From: the human T2T-CHM13v2.0 reference genome, Homo sapiens
NCBI RefSeq assembly: GCF_009914755.1
Contig: NC_060931.1
Length of the DNA: 64,000 bases
Strand: one strand, 5' to 3'
Under the pieces are notes generated by a model, which searched no databases, was not told where the DNA came from, and worked only from the letters and a program-made list of their open reading frames with translations. Shown in pieces: positions 28,115 through 55,372 of the stretch (its first letter is position 1; every line of letters begins with the position of its first letter). The translations under genes and the position numbers were made by a program.

Positions 28115-30200
28115 TCCTGAGGGGATACTGTGGAGCAGCCCAGTCCACACCAGAGCCCCACGCGGCTGCCCGGCAGTACCTCCTCCAGGCAGGAGCCGGG
28201 ACTGTCACTTTGGAGACAAAACAGTGTTTGTAACAATAACGTACTCACCGCCGCGGACAATCCCCCACCCCGATCCCTCGCCAGACCAGGACGCTTCCTC
28301 AAGCCCAGCCTTCTACAGAGAGTGTGAACGGTACAGCCCCGGCCTGACCCGGGGACCTTCAGCCTGGACACCCGGCAGCTTCTGGAGTTTGTCAGTGGAG
28401 GCAGAGGGGATCCGGCCAGGCCCCTCTGTCCAGAAGGAGCTGCCCTGAGGACCATCTTAGCGGCCCTGTCCTCTTTTTCCGCCCATTCTCCCTCGGGTCT
28501 CCCCAGAGGGGCCGGCGGGGGCTGGGGAGGGGGTAAGTTTATCCATGCAGACACCAAGGGGGAGCATCCAGTCTTTAAGAGCCAAGTGGGGGCCCCTTTT
28601 CCGAAGCCACTTCCAGGCCAAGGCAGTCGCCAGGGCTTCTTGTCCCCACCTTCTGAACCTTCTTCAAACAGTAGTACAAGCTCCCCTCAGCCAGCCTGCC
28701 TGCCCAGCGAGGCCCCCAGGTTCAAGGTGTTGGCGGGGGCGGAGGGCAGGGGAACGGGATCCTTCTCCCGCTGCCCACCAACACCAACACACACACACCT
28801 CTAAGCTGCTGGCCGAAGATGTCACCAAGGCCAAAGACACAGTATTATGAAGGTTTGGAAACCCCTCTCCTCACCTCCCACCGTGACCTTGGGCAAACCC
28901 TGGCTCGGAGCCCAGGGCAGAGGCAGCTCAGAGTGGAGGCTCTAGGCAGGTTTGACAAAGGTCAGTAATACGGTTTCCCCTGGGGTTGACCAGATGTTCC
29001 AAAATATCTGCATCCACCTGGAGATGCAGCTAAGTGGGTCCTTATGTACACACCACGTTCACACACACACAGAGGGACCACGTGTGCACGCATGACCGTG
29101 TGGGTGGCGGCGTTTGCTGTGAACCACGCTCAGGCCACACAGAGACACATACTTGGTTTCTGGGACTGAGACCCAGGCCTGGCAGGACCGTGCCTACAGA
29201 TACTGCAAACGTTCCTACAGCCTAGAGGTGCGTATACACACCCAAGTACACGCAGCCAGGCATTCAGGGGTGTGTTTGCCACATGGAGCATCCCTTCCTG
29301 GTCTTGCCAGGCACCTGCACAGAGCGTCTCCAGCCCCATCTCCTAACGGGGGCTGGGGGTAAGAGAAATCTAACTGCGCTCCCCCAACCCCTCGCCCTGC
29401 CATCTTCCCCTCAAGCCTGCTAAGTTATCCCAGGCCTGTGCGTGGTGGAAAAAGCCAGCCTTGGCCCTGCAGCCTCCACCTCGCCGCTGGGGGACCAACA
29501 GGTTGCTTACAGCTTTGCACCCCGGCATCAGCACAGGGGTCCCTGCCCCACCCTCCGGCAGCTCAGGGAGTGTTTTCCTGTGAGGCCTCCCCCATCAGTG
29601 GACCAGAGGGAGAAGCCCGATGCCCCATCCCGGCTTTCCCGTAACGCACAGGACACGTGTGCAATTCATAGGAACGGCCCAGATCGCCCTCATGAGTGCC
29701 ACCTGGTACAGGTAGGTGGCGCTCACGTTCCTGCCCAAATGCAGCCCATCGGGGAGTCACAGTCAGTCCCCCCGGCCCCCCTCCCAGTCCCTGTTGGCTT
29801 TCGGTAGCTCTCGCATGCAGTTCTATTAACAGCCGTCTAGAAGCGATGCTTTAGTGGCCTAACCCAGGGTCAAATACAGCTCTTTCTAGCAAAATCAGGC
29901 AGCTCTGCCCCATCGGTAGGGGCACCGATTAGTCTACTAACAGCCAGAGGTCCATCTAGCAGGGTGCCGGGAGGAGCTGAGCCCCCGGAGGTGGGCTCCT
30001 GGTGACGGGTGTCCAAGAAGCGGTTTCCTTGGGAGCTTCTGCCTCCGTGGGCCTCTCAGCCCGCCCCGTGTGGCCGCCCGGGTGTGGCTCAGCCATGTCC
30101 CCTCCCCAGGTCCTTCATTCACCCCTCCCCTCCCCACAGTGGAATTGTTGAAGTGTGGCGAGTCTGTGCTCGGGACAATAAAGCTTGTGACAGGTCCAGG
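28115..30200 (+). other. CLIP2: CLIP2 3'UTR (~2.1 kb, GC-rich, free of Alus)
   Basis: Unique repeat-free sequence between the stop codon and the first AATAAA, in sharp contrast to the Alu-rich flanks. Confidence 0.85.
30177..30182 (+). terminator. Polyadenylation signal AATAAA of CLIP2; cleavage estimated at ~30195-30205
   Basis: First AATAAA after the stop codon, with a GU/U-rich element (ttggcttgtctcct) about 30 nt downstream. Confidence 0.85.
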
Positions 30201-30361
30201 ACCCCGGCAGTTGGCTTGTCTCCTCCTCTCCGTGGGGACCCCGGGCTTCTCGATCTCTCCCAATTCTTGGGCACCCTGGTGCCAGGAGATGGCCCCCGAT
30301 CCTGCCCTCTGCCAGCTCATTCCTTCCCAGGTAGGCACGGCCTCAGAGGGGCTGGAGCTGA

Positions 30362-39555
<9,194 letters not shown>

Positions 39556-39706
39556 TCAGGACCTAAAATCTTAGGCACCCATCCACTGCCAGGGAGGGAT
39601 AACAAGCTCTCCAAGGAGGCCCACCCCGCCTATGAGGCTTCAGCTGGGGGATGGCAACCCCACCCTCGCCTGGAAGGTGGGATTCGCCACACAGCTCTGT
39701 CCAAAC

Positions 39707-39918
39707 CTGTAGTTCTCAACCGGGGATACTTGCCCCCTCGGGGACATTTAGCAATGTCTAGAGACGTTATTGGTGGTCACAACGGGGGCATGCTACCGGC
39801 ATGTAGGGAACAGAGGCCAGGAATGCTGCTAAATACCCTACGATGCATAGGACAGAGCCCCGGAACAAAGAATTATCCCACCTAGAGCCTCAATAGTGTG
39901 AGGTTAAGACAGTGCCCT
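39707..39918 (+). mobile_element. MER20 (hAT-Charlie non-autonomous DNA transposon), near full length
   Basis: ctgtagttctcaaccgggga...ggggacatttagcaatgtctagagac...ggtcacaac...gaggccaggaatgctgctaaa...aacaaagaattatcc...aatagtgtgaggttaaga is collinear with the MER20 consensus as recalled. Confidence 0.8.
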
Positions 39919-40055
39919 AAAGCAATTCTCCTCGCTCATTTTTTCTCATCACCAACAGCTGGGGCCTCCTTTTATAAATTCTGATGTAGGTGAATTGCCT
40001 AGTACCACCTTATAACTCACAGGACTGTAGATTTGTGATCAAGAGGCAGCTTCAG

Positions 40056-42016
<1,961 letters not shown>

Positions 42017-42727
42017 TCAGGCCTCTCTGTGAGTATCCGTGTGTGTCCACACTTCCATCCCTGGGAGAGAGGCCGGCCAGGGCGTGGACATTCATTCCCT
42101 CTCTGGGACCGTGCCGGGCCAGGACTGTCCTGGCCTCCCTCCTCCCGCACAGCACTGCCTCCCCTCCCCGCAGGCTGGGCTCCCTCCACAGAGCTGACCC
42201 TGGCCTACTTTCTCAGTCCTGAACCCTCCCATCACGTCCCCCTTGCCAACCTCAGCTGGGCAGTCACCCTGGTCCCGCTCCCACTCCCCAAGAGAGGCTG
42301 GGAAGTGTTTTGAGACTGAAGTTGGGGTCCAGTGTAAATTCAGAAGGAACATGGTATAGGACGAATAACCAGGATGCTCACTTCTAGAAGCTTCTCTGGA
42401 ACCTTGGGTAAGGCTGTGGGCCCTTTCTCTGGAGCTACCAGCAAAGGGAAGGACTTGCTGCCTCCAGGGTGGCTCCAGCCCCGTCTAGACCCCCTCCCAG
42501 CCACCCTCTCCCGCTGCCACAATTTCCAGCTGGCCCCACGCACAGCTGTGCCTCGGTTTCCCAGCAGCCCCAAGCCTGGAGTTCACCAGGAGCACCTTCA
42601 CAGCCCCGCACCGGGTCCGCAGCCTGGGGTCCATCATATTCATCACACTCTGGGCCCTGTCCCCCACCCCCAGCTCAGGCCTCAGATCCTGCCTCCAACC
42701 CCACACCCCCAGGCCTTTCCAAGTGAC

Positions 42728-43258
42728 CCACACACATGCATGGGCACACACACACAGATACATACACACATACACAGAGACACACATACATGTACACATC
42801 ATATATATATACACGCACACAGAGACACATATAAACATGCACACACGTACACACATACATGTACACACGTACACACATGCATACACATATACATACACAA
42901 ACACATACATACACAAACACTATAGACACGTACACAGACACACACAAATACGTACACATACACAAAAACTCATACACATACACAAACACGTACATACACA
43001 GACACACAAACACTACAGACACATGTACACACGGACAAATACACATACACACAGACACACATACATGTACACATATACACATGTACACAGGTACACACGC
43101 ACATACACACGTTACACACAAAGAGATGTATACTCACATACACAAACATGCACATATATACACACAAACAATATACATACACATACACATACACACACGC
43201 ATATACATGCATATACATCCACACTTGTGCACACATACACACATGCACACACACACAC
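42728..43258 (+). repeat. ~530-bp degenerate (CA)n/(CATA)n alternating purine-pyrimidine tract
   Basis: cacacacatgcatgggcacacacacacagatacatacacacatacac...; source of the His/Thr- and Cys/Val-rich spurious ORFs. Confidence 0.95.
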
Positions 43259-43359
43259 TTTTTCTTCACGGCCTGCAGAGACGCGCCCATCGGGGACTTG
43301 ATTCACACCTCTCTCCCTAGAGGGGAGTGCTCTGTGTGCACCGCAACATATCTCTAACC

Positions 43360-43615
43360 TCTTTTTTTAAATTGACAAAAATTGTATCTATTTATGGTGT
43401 GCAATATGATGTTTTGAAATATGTATAAAGTGTGGACCAGCTACATCAAGCTAATTAGCATATGCATTACCTCATTTGTCTTTTTGTGGGGAGTGTGCTG
43501 AGAACGCTTAAAATCCACTGTCTTGGTACTTTGCAAGTTTAGAACACATTGTTATCAAGGATAGCCACCATGTTGTACTTGGATCTCTTGAACTTAGTCC
43601 TCCTAACTGAAATTT
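43360..43615 (-). mobile_element. L1MA-type 3' end fragment
   Basis: tttaaattgacaaaaattgtatctatttatggtgtgcaatatgatgttttgaaatatgtata...gctaattagcatatgcattacctca. Confidence 0.7.
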
Positions 43616-44266
43616 TTGTGTGTTTTTTTCCTTGTGTGTGTGTGACAGAGTCTCACTCTGTTGCCCAGGCTGGAGTGCAGTGGTGCAATCAGCTCACTGC
43701 AGCCTTCATCTCTGGGCTCAAGCCGTCCTCCTGCCTCAGCCTTCCAAGTAGCTGGGACTACAGGTGTGCACCACCATGCCCAGCTAATTGTTTGTATTTT
43801 TAGAGAGATGGGGTTTTGCCATGTTGCCCAGGCTGGTCTCGAACTCTTGGGCTCAAACGATTGGCCTGTCTCAGCCTCCTAGATTGCTGGGATTACAGGC
43901 ATGAGCCACCACTGCCACCCCCACATCTCTGACTCTCAGCCCAGGGCGTGGCACACAGGTGCCCACGAGTGGCTGTCAGACGGATTGATCAATTCCACCA
44001 CTGCACAAACTTCCATCTTCAATCTTGCACTCCACCTCAACTGCTCTCCCAGAGCTCCAGACACTGCCAGGTTGCCCCCGCATCCTGACAAACTGTCCTC
44101 TTTCTGTACCCTTTCCAAGTCATCTAATTGTCCTCATTTTTGTTTTTTTTTTTTTTTTTTTTGTAATTTGAGTTTATTTGACCATCTTGATCCGAAATGT
44201 TCAAGCTTTTGGCTATAGTTTTCTTCATTTATTTATTCAATATTTTTTAGTAACTCTATTAATTAA

Positions 44267-44737
<471 letters not shown>

Positions 44738-45125
44738 TAGTAGAGTCAGGGTTTCACCATGTTGGTTAGGCTGGTCTCAACTCCTAACCTCAGGTGATCC
44801 ACCCAGAATTGTTTTCTTTAAAACAACTTTTCTGTACTGGACATGGTGGCTCACACCTGTAATCTGGCACTTTGGGAGGTCGAGGCGGGAGGATTGCTTG
44901 AGCTTAGGAGTTCGAGACCAGCCTGGGCAACATGGTGAAACCCCAGGCATGGCGGCACATGTCTGTAATCCCAGCTACTGGGGAGGCTGACGTGGGAGGA
45001 TCACCTGAGTCCAGGAGGCCGAGGCTGCAGTGAGCCATGATCATGCCACTGCCCTCCAGCCTGGATGACAGAGCGAGACCCTGTCTCAAATAAATAAATA
45101 ATAAATAAATAAATAAAGCTGTTTT

Positions 45126-45126
<1 letters not shown>

Positions 45127-45181
<55 letters not shown>

Positions 45182-45182
45182 T
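45127..45182 (+). repeat. (CTTT)14 perfect tetranucleotide microsatellite
   Basis: Counted directly; degenerate extension to ~45220. Confidence 0.9.
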
Positions 45183-46607
45183 CGTTTGTTCTTTCTTTCC
45201 TTCCTTCTTTCTTTCTTTTATTTCAGTCCTCTTTACTTGAAAGTTTATCTCTTGTTCAGAAAATAAATATGGGCCAGGTGCGGTGGCTCATGCCTGTAAT
45301 CCTAGCACTCTGGGAGGCTGAAGCAGGAGGCTCACTTGAGCCCAGGAGCTGGAGATCAGTCTGGGCAACATAGTGAGACACTGTATCTTTTTGGGGATTT
45401 TTTGGACAGAGTCTTGCTCTGTCGCCAGGCTGGAGTGCAGTGGCGTGACCTTGGCCCTCGGCTCACTGCAACCTCTGCCTCCTGAGATCAACTGATTCTC
45501 CTGCCTCAGCCTCCTGAGTAGCTGGGACTACAGGTGTGCGCCACCACACCCAGCTAATTTTTTTGTATTTTTAGTAGAGACAGGGTTTCACCATGTTGGC
45601 CAAGATGGTCTCAATCCCTTGACCTCGTGATCCCCCTGTCTCGGCCTCCCAAAGTGCTGGGATTACAGGCACGAGCCATCACGCCCTGCCTGACCCCCAG
45701 TATCTTCTTAAAGAAAAAAGAAGAAAAGAAAAGAAACAAGATATTCTTTCTCCCTAATGCCAGTTCTTCATCTGCGGTCCCCTTCTCTGCACCGTCTCTC
45801 TGTCTCCTGGGTGGTCATCTCCATCTTCTCAGACTTACGTCTTTAATGTTTGTATTTTTAATCTTTTAATCCCAGACCTGAGGCATTGATCATCTATCTT
45901 CTTAAATCACATTTATTTTGTCACTTTATCATTATTTTAAACCTCTTAACTTTTATCTCTTGTGGAGAGTAACTTTTAAGACCAACTTCATAGCTTTTCA
46001 TTTTAATTTTGTATTTGCTGATTTTAACTTTGTAATACACATTAGCCCTCTCATTTATAAGGTATTCATCTTATTGGTGCTGCTAGTCTTTTAATTTCTT
46101 TTATCTGAACTATTTTTCATGATTATAAAGAAAACTCTTGATTTTAAATCTTTGCTGGCTTTTTTTTTTTTTTTTTTTTTTGAGACACAGTCTCACTCCA
46201 TCGCCCATGCTGGAGTGCAGTGGAGTGATCTTGGCTCACTGCAACCTCTGCCTCCTGGGTTCAAGCAATTCTCCTGCCTCAGCCTCCCACATAGCTGAGA
46301 ATACAGGCATGCGCCACCACGCCCAGCTGATTTTTGTATTGTTAGTAGAGGTGGGGTTTCACCATGTTGGCCAGGCTGGGCTCCAACTCCTGACCTCAAG
46401 TGATCCGCCCTCCTTGGCCTCCCAAAGTGCTGGGATTACAGCCGTGAGCCACCATGCTTGGCCTGGCTCTTTCATATCCTGAGCCTGAAAGTCCTTTTTT
46501 TTCTCAGTGATTACTTTTTAATCTTCCAGGCATTCATTCAATCCTCACAAAACTCTATGTGGCCACCCCTGTTTGTGTGTTGTTGTTGTTGTTTTTGTTT
46601 TTTTTTA

Positions 46608-46883
<276 letters not shown>

Positions 46884-47519
46884 CTATGAAAAAAAAAGTT
46901 ATATGTATAACAGGCCAAGGTGGGCTCTGTTGTCAGGCTGGAGTGCAGTGGCGCAGTCTTGGCTCACTGAGACCTCCGACTCTCAGGTTCAAGCGACTCT
47001 TCTGCCTCAGCCTCCCGAGTAGCTGGGACTACAGGTGCACGCCACCACGCCCATCTAATTTTCACATTTTTAGTAGAGACAGGGTTTCACCATGTTGGCT
47101 AGGACGGTCTTGATCTCTTGACCTCGTGATCCACCCACCTCAGCCTCCCAAAGTGCTGGCATTACAGGTGTGAGCCACCACGCCCGGCCTTATAATTTTT
47201 TAACTTCCTGTAGATATGGGGTCTTGTTCTGTTGTCCAGGCTGGTCTCAAATGCCTGGCCCCAGGCAATCTTCCCACCTCAGCCTCCCGAGTAGCTGGGA
47301 TTAGAGGCATGAGCCACTGCAGCTGGCTGAGGGAGGGCTTTGGAGAAGAAAGGGCAGAGGTAAAGGGAGAGAAGGACTGGGCAGTGTGTTGAGTGGCTCA
47401 GAGCAGCCACTCGGCTCCCTATTCAAGGAGAAGTGTGACATTCCGTGGCAAACTGTGACGAATCCACCTCTCCAAAACCCCGTTCAAGTTTGCTGTTCTC
47501 AGAGAAATAGGAAATTCTG

Positions 47520-48900
<1,381 letters not shown>

Positions 48901-49451
48901 TATGGAGCACCAACAGTCACTTCAGCCCCACACAGGGAACTCCCGGGGAAGGAGTCGTGGGTCACATAGGGAAGACAACACAGTCCCTGCCCTCTGGGAG
49001 TGCCCAGCCCTGCTGAGGAAAGGTGACCTGTGTCAGCGCCCACTGGCCAGGCATCATGCCTGTGTCCAGCACATGTGGAGTTATTAAGGTCCCCCTATAA
49101 TCTGTAATCCCAGCACTTTGGGAGGCTGAGATGGGAGGATCGCTTGAGTTCAGGAGTTTGACACCAGCCTGGGCAACATAGCAAGACCCTGTATCTAAAT
49201 AATAATAATGATAATAATAATTTTTTTAAAAAAGGAAATGCAGGTATTCAGGGACAGCCAGTCCTGTTTGCCCAGCTCTGTGCCAGGCCACATATGGGAC
49301 TAGGAGGCACAGGGGCTGAGAAAGAAAGGGACATGGCTGGGTGCAATGGCTTAAACCTGTCATCCAAGCACTTTGGGAGGCCAAAGTGAGAGGATCACTT
49401 GAGGCCTGGAGTTTGAGACCAGCCTGGGCAACATAGTGAGACCCGTATCTA

Positions 49452-49580
<129 letters not shown>

Positions 49581-49614
49581 CTACAGCCTGGGTGACAGAG
49601 CAAGACTTTGTCAA

Positions 49615-49752
49615 GAAAAAGAGAGAGAGAGAAGAAAAAAAAGAGGGAGGGAGGGAAAGAGGGAAGGAGGGAGGGAGGAAGAAGGAAGGAAGGGAGGAAA
49701 GGAAGGAAGGAAGGAAGGAAGGAAGGAAGGAAGGAAGGAAGGAAGGAAGGAA
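49615..49752 (+). repeat. (GGAA)n/GA-rich repeat from an Alu tail, ending in a run of ~13 GGAA units
   Basis: ggaaggaaggaaggaaggaa... at ~49700-49752. Confidence 0.9.
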
Positions 49753-49763
49753 GTCCATCCTAA

Positions 49764-49898
<135 letters not shown>

Positions 49899-50093
49899 TG
49901 AGATTACAGGCATGCATCACCATGCCCAGCTGATTTTTTTTGTAGAGACGGGGTTTCACCATGTTGGCCAGGCTGGTCGCGGACTCCTGACCTCAAGCGA
50001 TCTACCCGCCTCAGCCTCCCAAAGTGCTGGGATTACAGGAGTGAGCTGCCGTGCCCGGCAACTTCTTTTTTTTTTTTCTTTTAATTGAGATGA

Positions 50094-50210
<117 letters not shown>

Positions 50211-51730
50211 TAACTCTTGATGAAGCCACAGTCCAGGGAGGGAGATGGGAGCTTCCTAGGAGAAGGGAACCACCTGAGAGGCTCAAGTCATGTGGTCAAT
50301 GGAGACAGGAAGGGAGGAAGTAGCTCAGAGAAGCAAGAAATCTAGGATGACTTCCTGGAGGAGGCAGGTTGAGGCTGACATCTGGAGAACAGAATGGAAA
50401 TGTTTCCTGGTGGCCCCAGCCCTCAGGGACCATGGCCCTGGCTTGCCCCACTTTTCCTCTTCTTGTACTCCCGTGAGGATCTGCTTTCCCCAAATACTCC
50501 AGGAGCTCGTAAAGCCTACATGATCCTGCTGTGTGAGATACAGGGACCAGGTCTAATTCCAGCACTGAAGCCCTGAATGGCCTTGGGCAAATGTCTCCCC
50601 TTCTCTGAGTCTCCATGTCCTCATCTGTTAAATGTGCTCATCATGCACTTTACCCTTACACATTTGTTGTGGGGCTAAGGAGATCATGTGTGGTTTCTGA
50701 GCCAGAAGTGAGCAAAGCTCTGTAGTGATCACACCACCCAGCCCCCTTAATTCACTGATAGGGAAACGGAGGCCCAGAGAGGCAAAGGTCACCGGGACAG
50801 CTACATCAACTTTCTTTTTTTTTTTTTGAGACAGTGTCTCACTCTGTTGCCCCGGCTAGAGTACAGTGGCGCAATCTAGGCTCACTGCAACCTCTGCCTC
50901 CCAGGTTCAAGCAATTCTCCTGCCTCAGCCTCCTGAGTAGCTGGGACTACAGGCACGCACCACCACGCCTGGCTAATTTTTTTTGTATTTATAGTAGAGA
51001 TGGGGTTTCGCCATATTGGCCAGGCTGGTCTCGAACTCCTGACCTCGTGATCCACCCACCTCAGTCTCCCAAAGTGCTGGGATTACAGGCGTGAGCCACC
51101 GCGCCTGGCTTTACATCATCTTTCAAGCCCTGGCTCAAAGGCCCTTTCTGGTGCCTCCAGGCCAAGCTGGTTGCTTCTGGCTTTGCTGTTTTTGTTTTTT
51201 TTTTTCTTTTTTGAGACAGAGTCTTGCTCTTTTGCCCAGGTGGGAGTGCAGTGGCGAGATCTCAGCTCACTGCACCCTCCACCTCCCGGGTTCAAGCAAT
51301 TTTCCTGGGCTCAATCAGGCTCCACAAGCTGTGCCTGCGACTGAGCCTCCGGAACGAAGGGAGTGTGCCCTTCTCCTGAGAAGCTGGGTTTCTCCCAGGG
51401 TTGGTGGCGGGGAGGTGGGGGGGTCCCAACCTGGGGAGGTGGGGGTTGCTGTCTTCTTTGGCACCTCAGAAATGTTAATTGAGGGAAATTATGCAAAGGA
51501 GCCTGGATTGGAAATGCTCATTTGGACCTCAACAAGGTGGCTACGTTAAAAATAGCAAGAGGGGCTGGGCGCGGTGGCTCACGCCTGTAATCGCAGCACT
51601 TTGGGAGACAGAGGTGGGTGGATCGCTTGAACCTGGGAGTTCGAGACCAGCCTGGGCAAAACCCTGTCCCTCCTAAAAATTAGCTGGGCGTGGTGGTGCG
51701 TGCCTGTAATCCCAGCTATTCAGGAGGCTA

Positions 51731-51838
<108 letters not shown>

Positions 51839-52670
51839 TCAAAAAAAAAAATGTCTAGAGGAAGGAGTTAAGTTTGGGATTGGAGAGAGGATGCCAGGCC
51901 CTTTGTCCTATGAGGTCCAGGCTCCTGGGCCCCTGAAGGGTCATCAGGCCTTGCAGCCTGAGCATGGACCCTGGCTCTAACAGTCTGTGACCCCCACTGC
52001 ACTCCTGCCCGCTCTAGTTCCTGCGGTACGGCCCTTTCACATTGTGGACACCCAAGCAACAAATCTAACAATCAGATTGGTAGCTGACACCTGTAATCCC
52101 AGCACTTCGGGAGGATCACTTGAGCCCAGGAATTCAAGACCAGCCTGGGCAACAGAGACCCCCGGTCTCTACAAAATAAAATACAACAATTAGCCGGGTG
52201 TGGTAGTAAGTATGTGTATTCTCAGCTACTCGGGAGTCTGAGGCCAGAGGATCACTTGAGCCTAGGAGGTGGAGGCTTCAATGAGCTGAGATCACACCAC
52301 TGCATCCAGCCCGGGTGACAGAACAAGGCCCTGTCTCATATAAAAATATTTAAAACATTTTTTTAATCAGATATGACCATGTCAATACTCTGTATATAAC
52401 CTGCTAAGGCTCCCCATTGCCCTCAGGATAAAGCCAGGCCTCTTAGTCCTGCACTTAAGGCCTGTCCTGCTGGGTCTCTTAGTCTCATCTCCTACCACAT
52501 CTCACTGTTACCAGGAGCTCCATCTGCCAGCACCTCCCTTCGGATCCCCCAGCCTCACCCTGACTCTGAGCCTTAGCACAGGCCATTCCTGCCGCCTAGA
52601 ACATCAGCTCCTCTTTGTCACCAGAACAGCGACATCATCTTTCAAGCCCCGGCTCAAAGGCACTTTCTGA

Positions 52671-53109
<439 letters not shown>

Positions 53110-53971
53110 TAGTAGAAACAGGTTTTCACCATGTTGGCCAAGCTGGTGTCGAACACCCGACCTCAAGTGATTCACCCACCTCGGCCTCCCAAGATGTGGG
53201 GATTACAGATGTGAGCCACTGCGCCTGCCCTGGGTTTGCTGTGTCTCCAGCACCTTCCAGAGGCTTCTCCTGTAGCACATGCTCTTGGGATTTAGGTGTC
53301 TGTGGGTTTGGATGTCTTAGACTACGTGTTCCCTGAGGTCAGAAGCTGTGTTCAGAACATCACCAGACCTAGCCCAGCTGAGAACCAGCTCCTCCATCCT
53401 GCCCAATGTCTGGGGCATCTGATGGCAAATGACCCCAGGGCTGCCTCCCTGTGCCCTGCCCTGCACCTTCCCTTCAGAGACAACTGAACCAGGCCCTGGT
53501 GACTTGCCCCCCCGCCCCTGCCCACACCTCATCCTGTCCTCAAGGGCACTTGGGGGACGGGAGGGACGTGTGGAGGGAGGCTGGTTATTAATTAAAAACC
53601 AAGTCATGCACAGATCCTGCTTCATTCCAATAAAAACCGTCAAGGGTATTAATTACCAGATCTGGCGATAGACGCGGGTTAGGTTTACTCAGGCCCGGTA
53701 AGGATGCTGGTGGCCAGAATATCAATGAGCACCCGGGCTCCTCGGCTCTGGGCCCTGGGCTGAGCACGGGCTGGGCAGGCGCGGGGCACCTTGGGGAGGA
53801 CGAATTGTGATGAAAATAACATCGATGCCACTAAATGCTTCTCAACCAGCACTTCCCGAGTTCCAAGCAGGGGGCCACATACCATTGCTACATGCCTGAT
53901 GTCATCTCACTCCCGAAAGCCTTGTGAAATGGATTCTATTTTTATCCCCATTTTGCAGCTAAGGGCATTAG

Positions 53972-54836
<865 letters not shown>

Positions 54837-54949
54837 TAAGTGTGTATATGTTGGGGTGGGGATCCTTGCCAGAAAGGGAGGGGTGTGGCCGGGTGTGATG
54901 GCCCACGCCTGAAATCCCAGCACTTTGGGAAGCCGAGGCGGGTGAATCA

Positions 54950-55372
<423 letters not shown>

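Noticed and set aside
29008-29029. Small hairpin CTGCATC-N8-GATGCAG in the 3'UTR
   Set aside because: A 7-bp stem is within chance expectation for 2 kb and has no recognisable motif (not IRE- or SECIS-like).
42374-43357. His/Thr-rich and Cys/Val-rich ORFs of 100-190 aa
   Set aside because: Products of the CA-rich low-complexity tract, which lacks stops in several frames.
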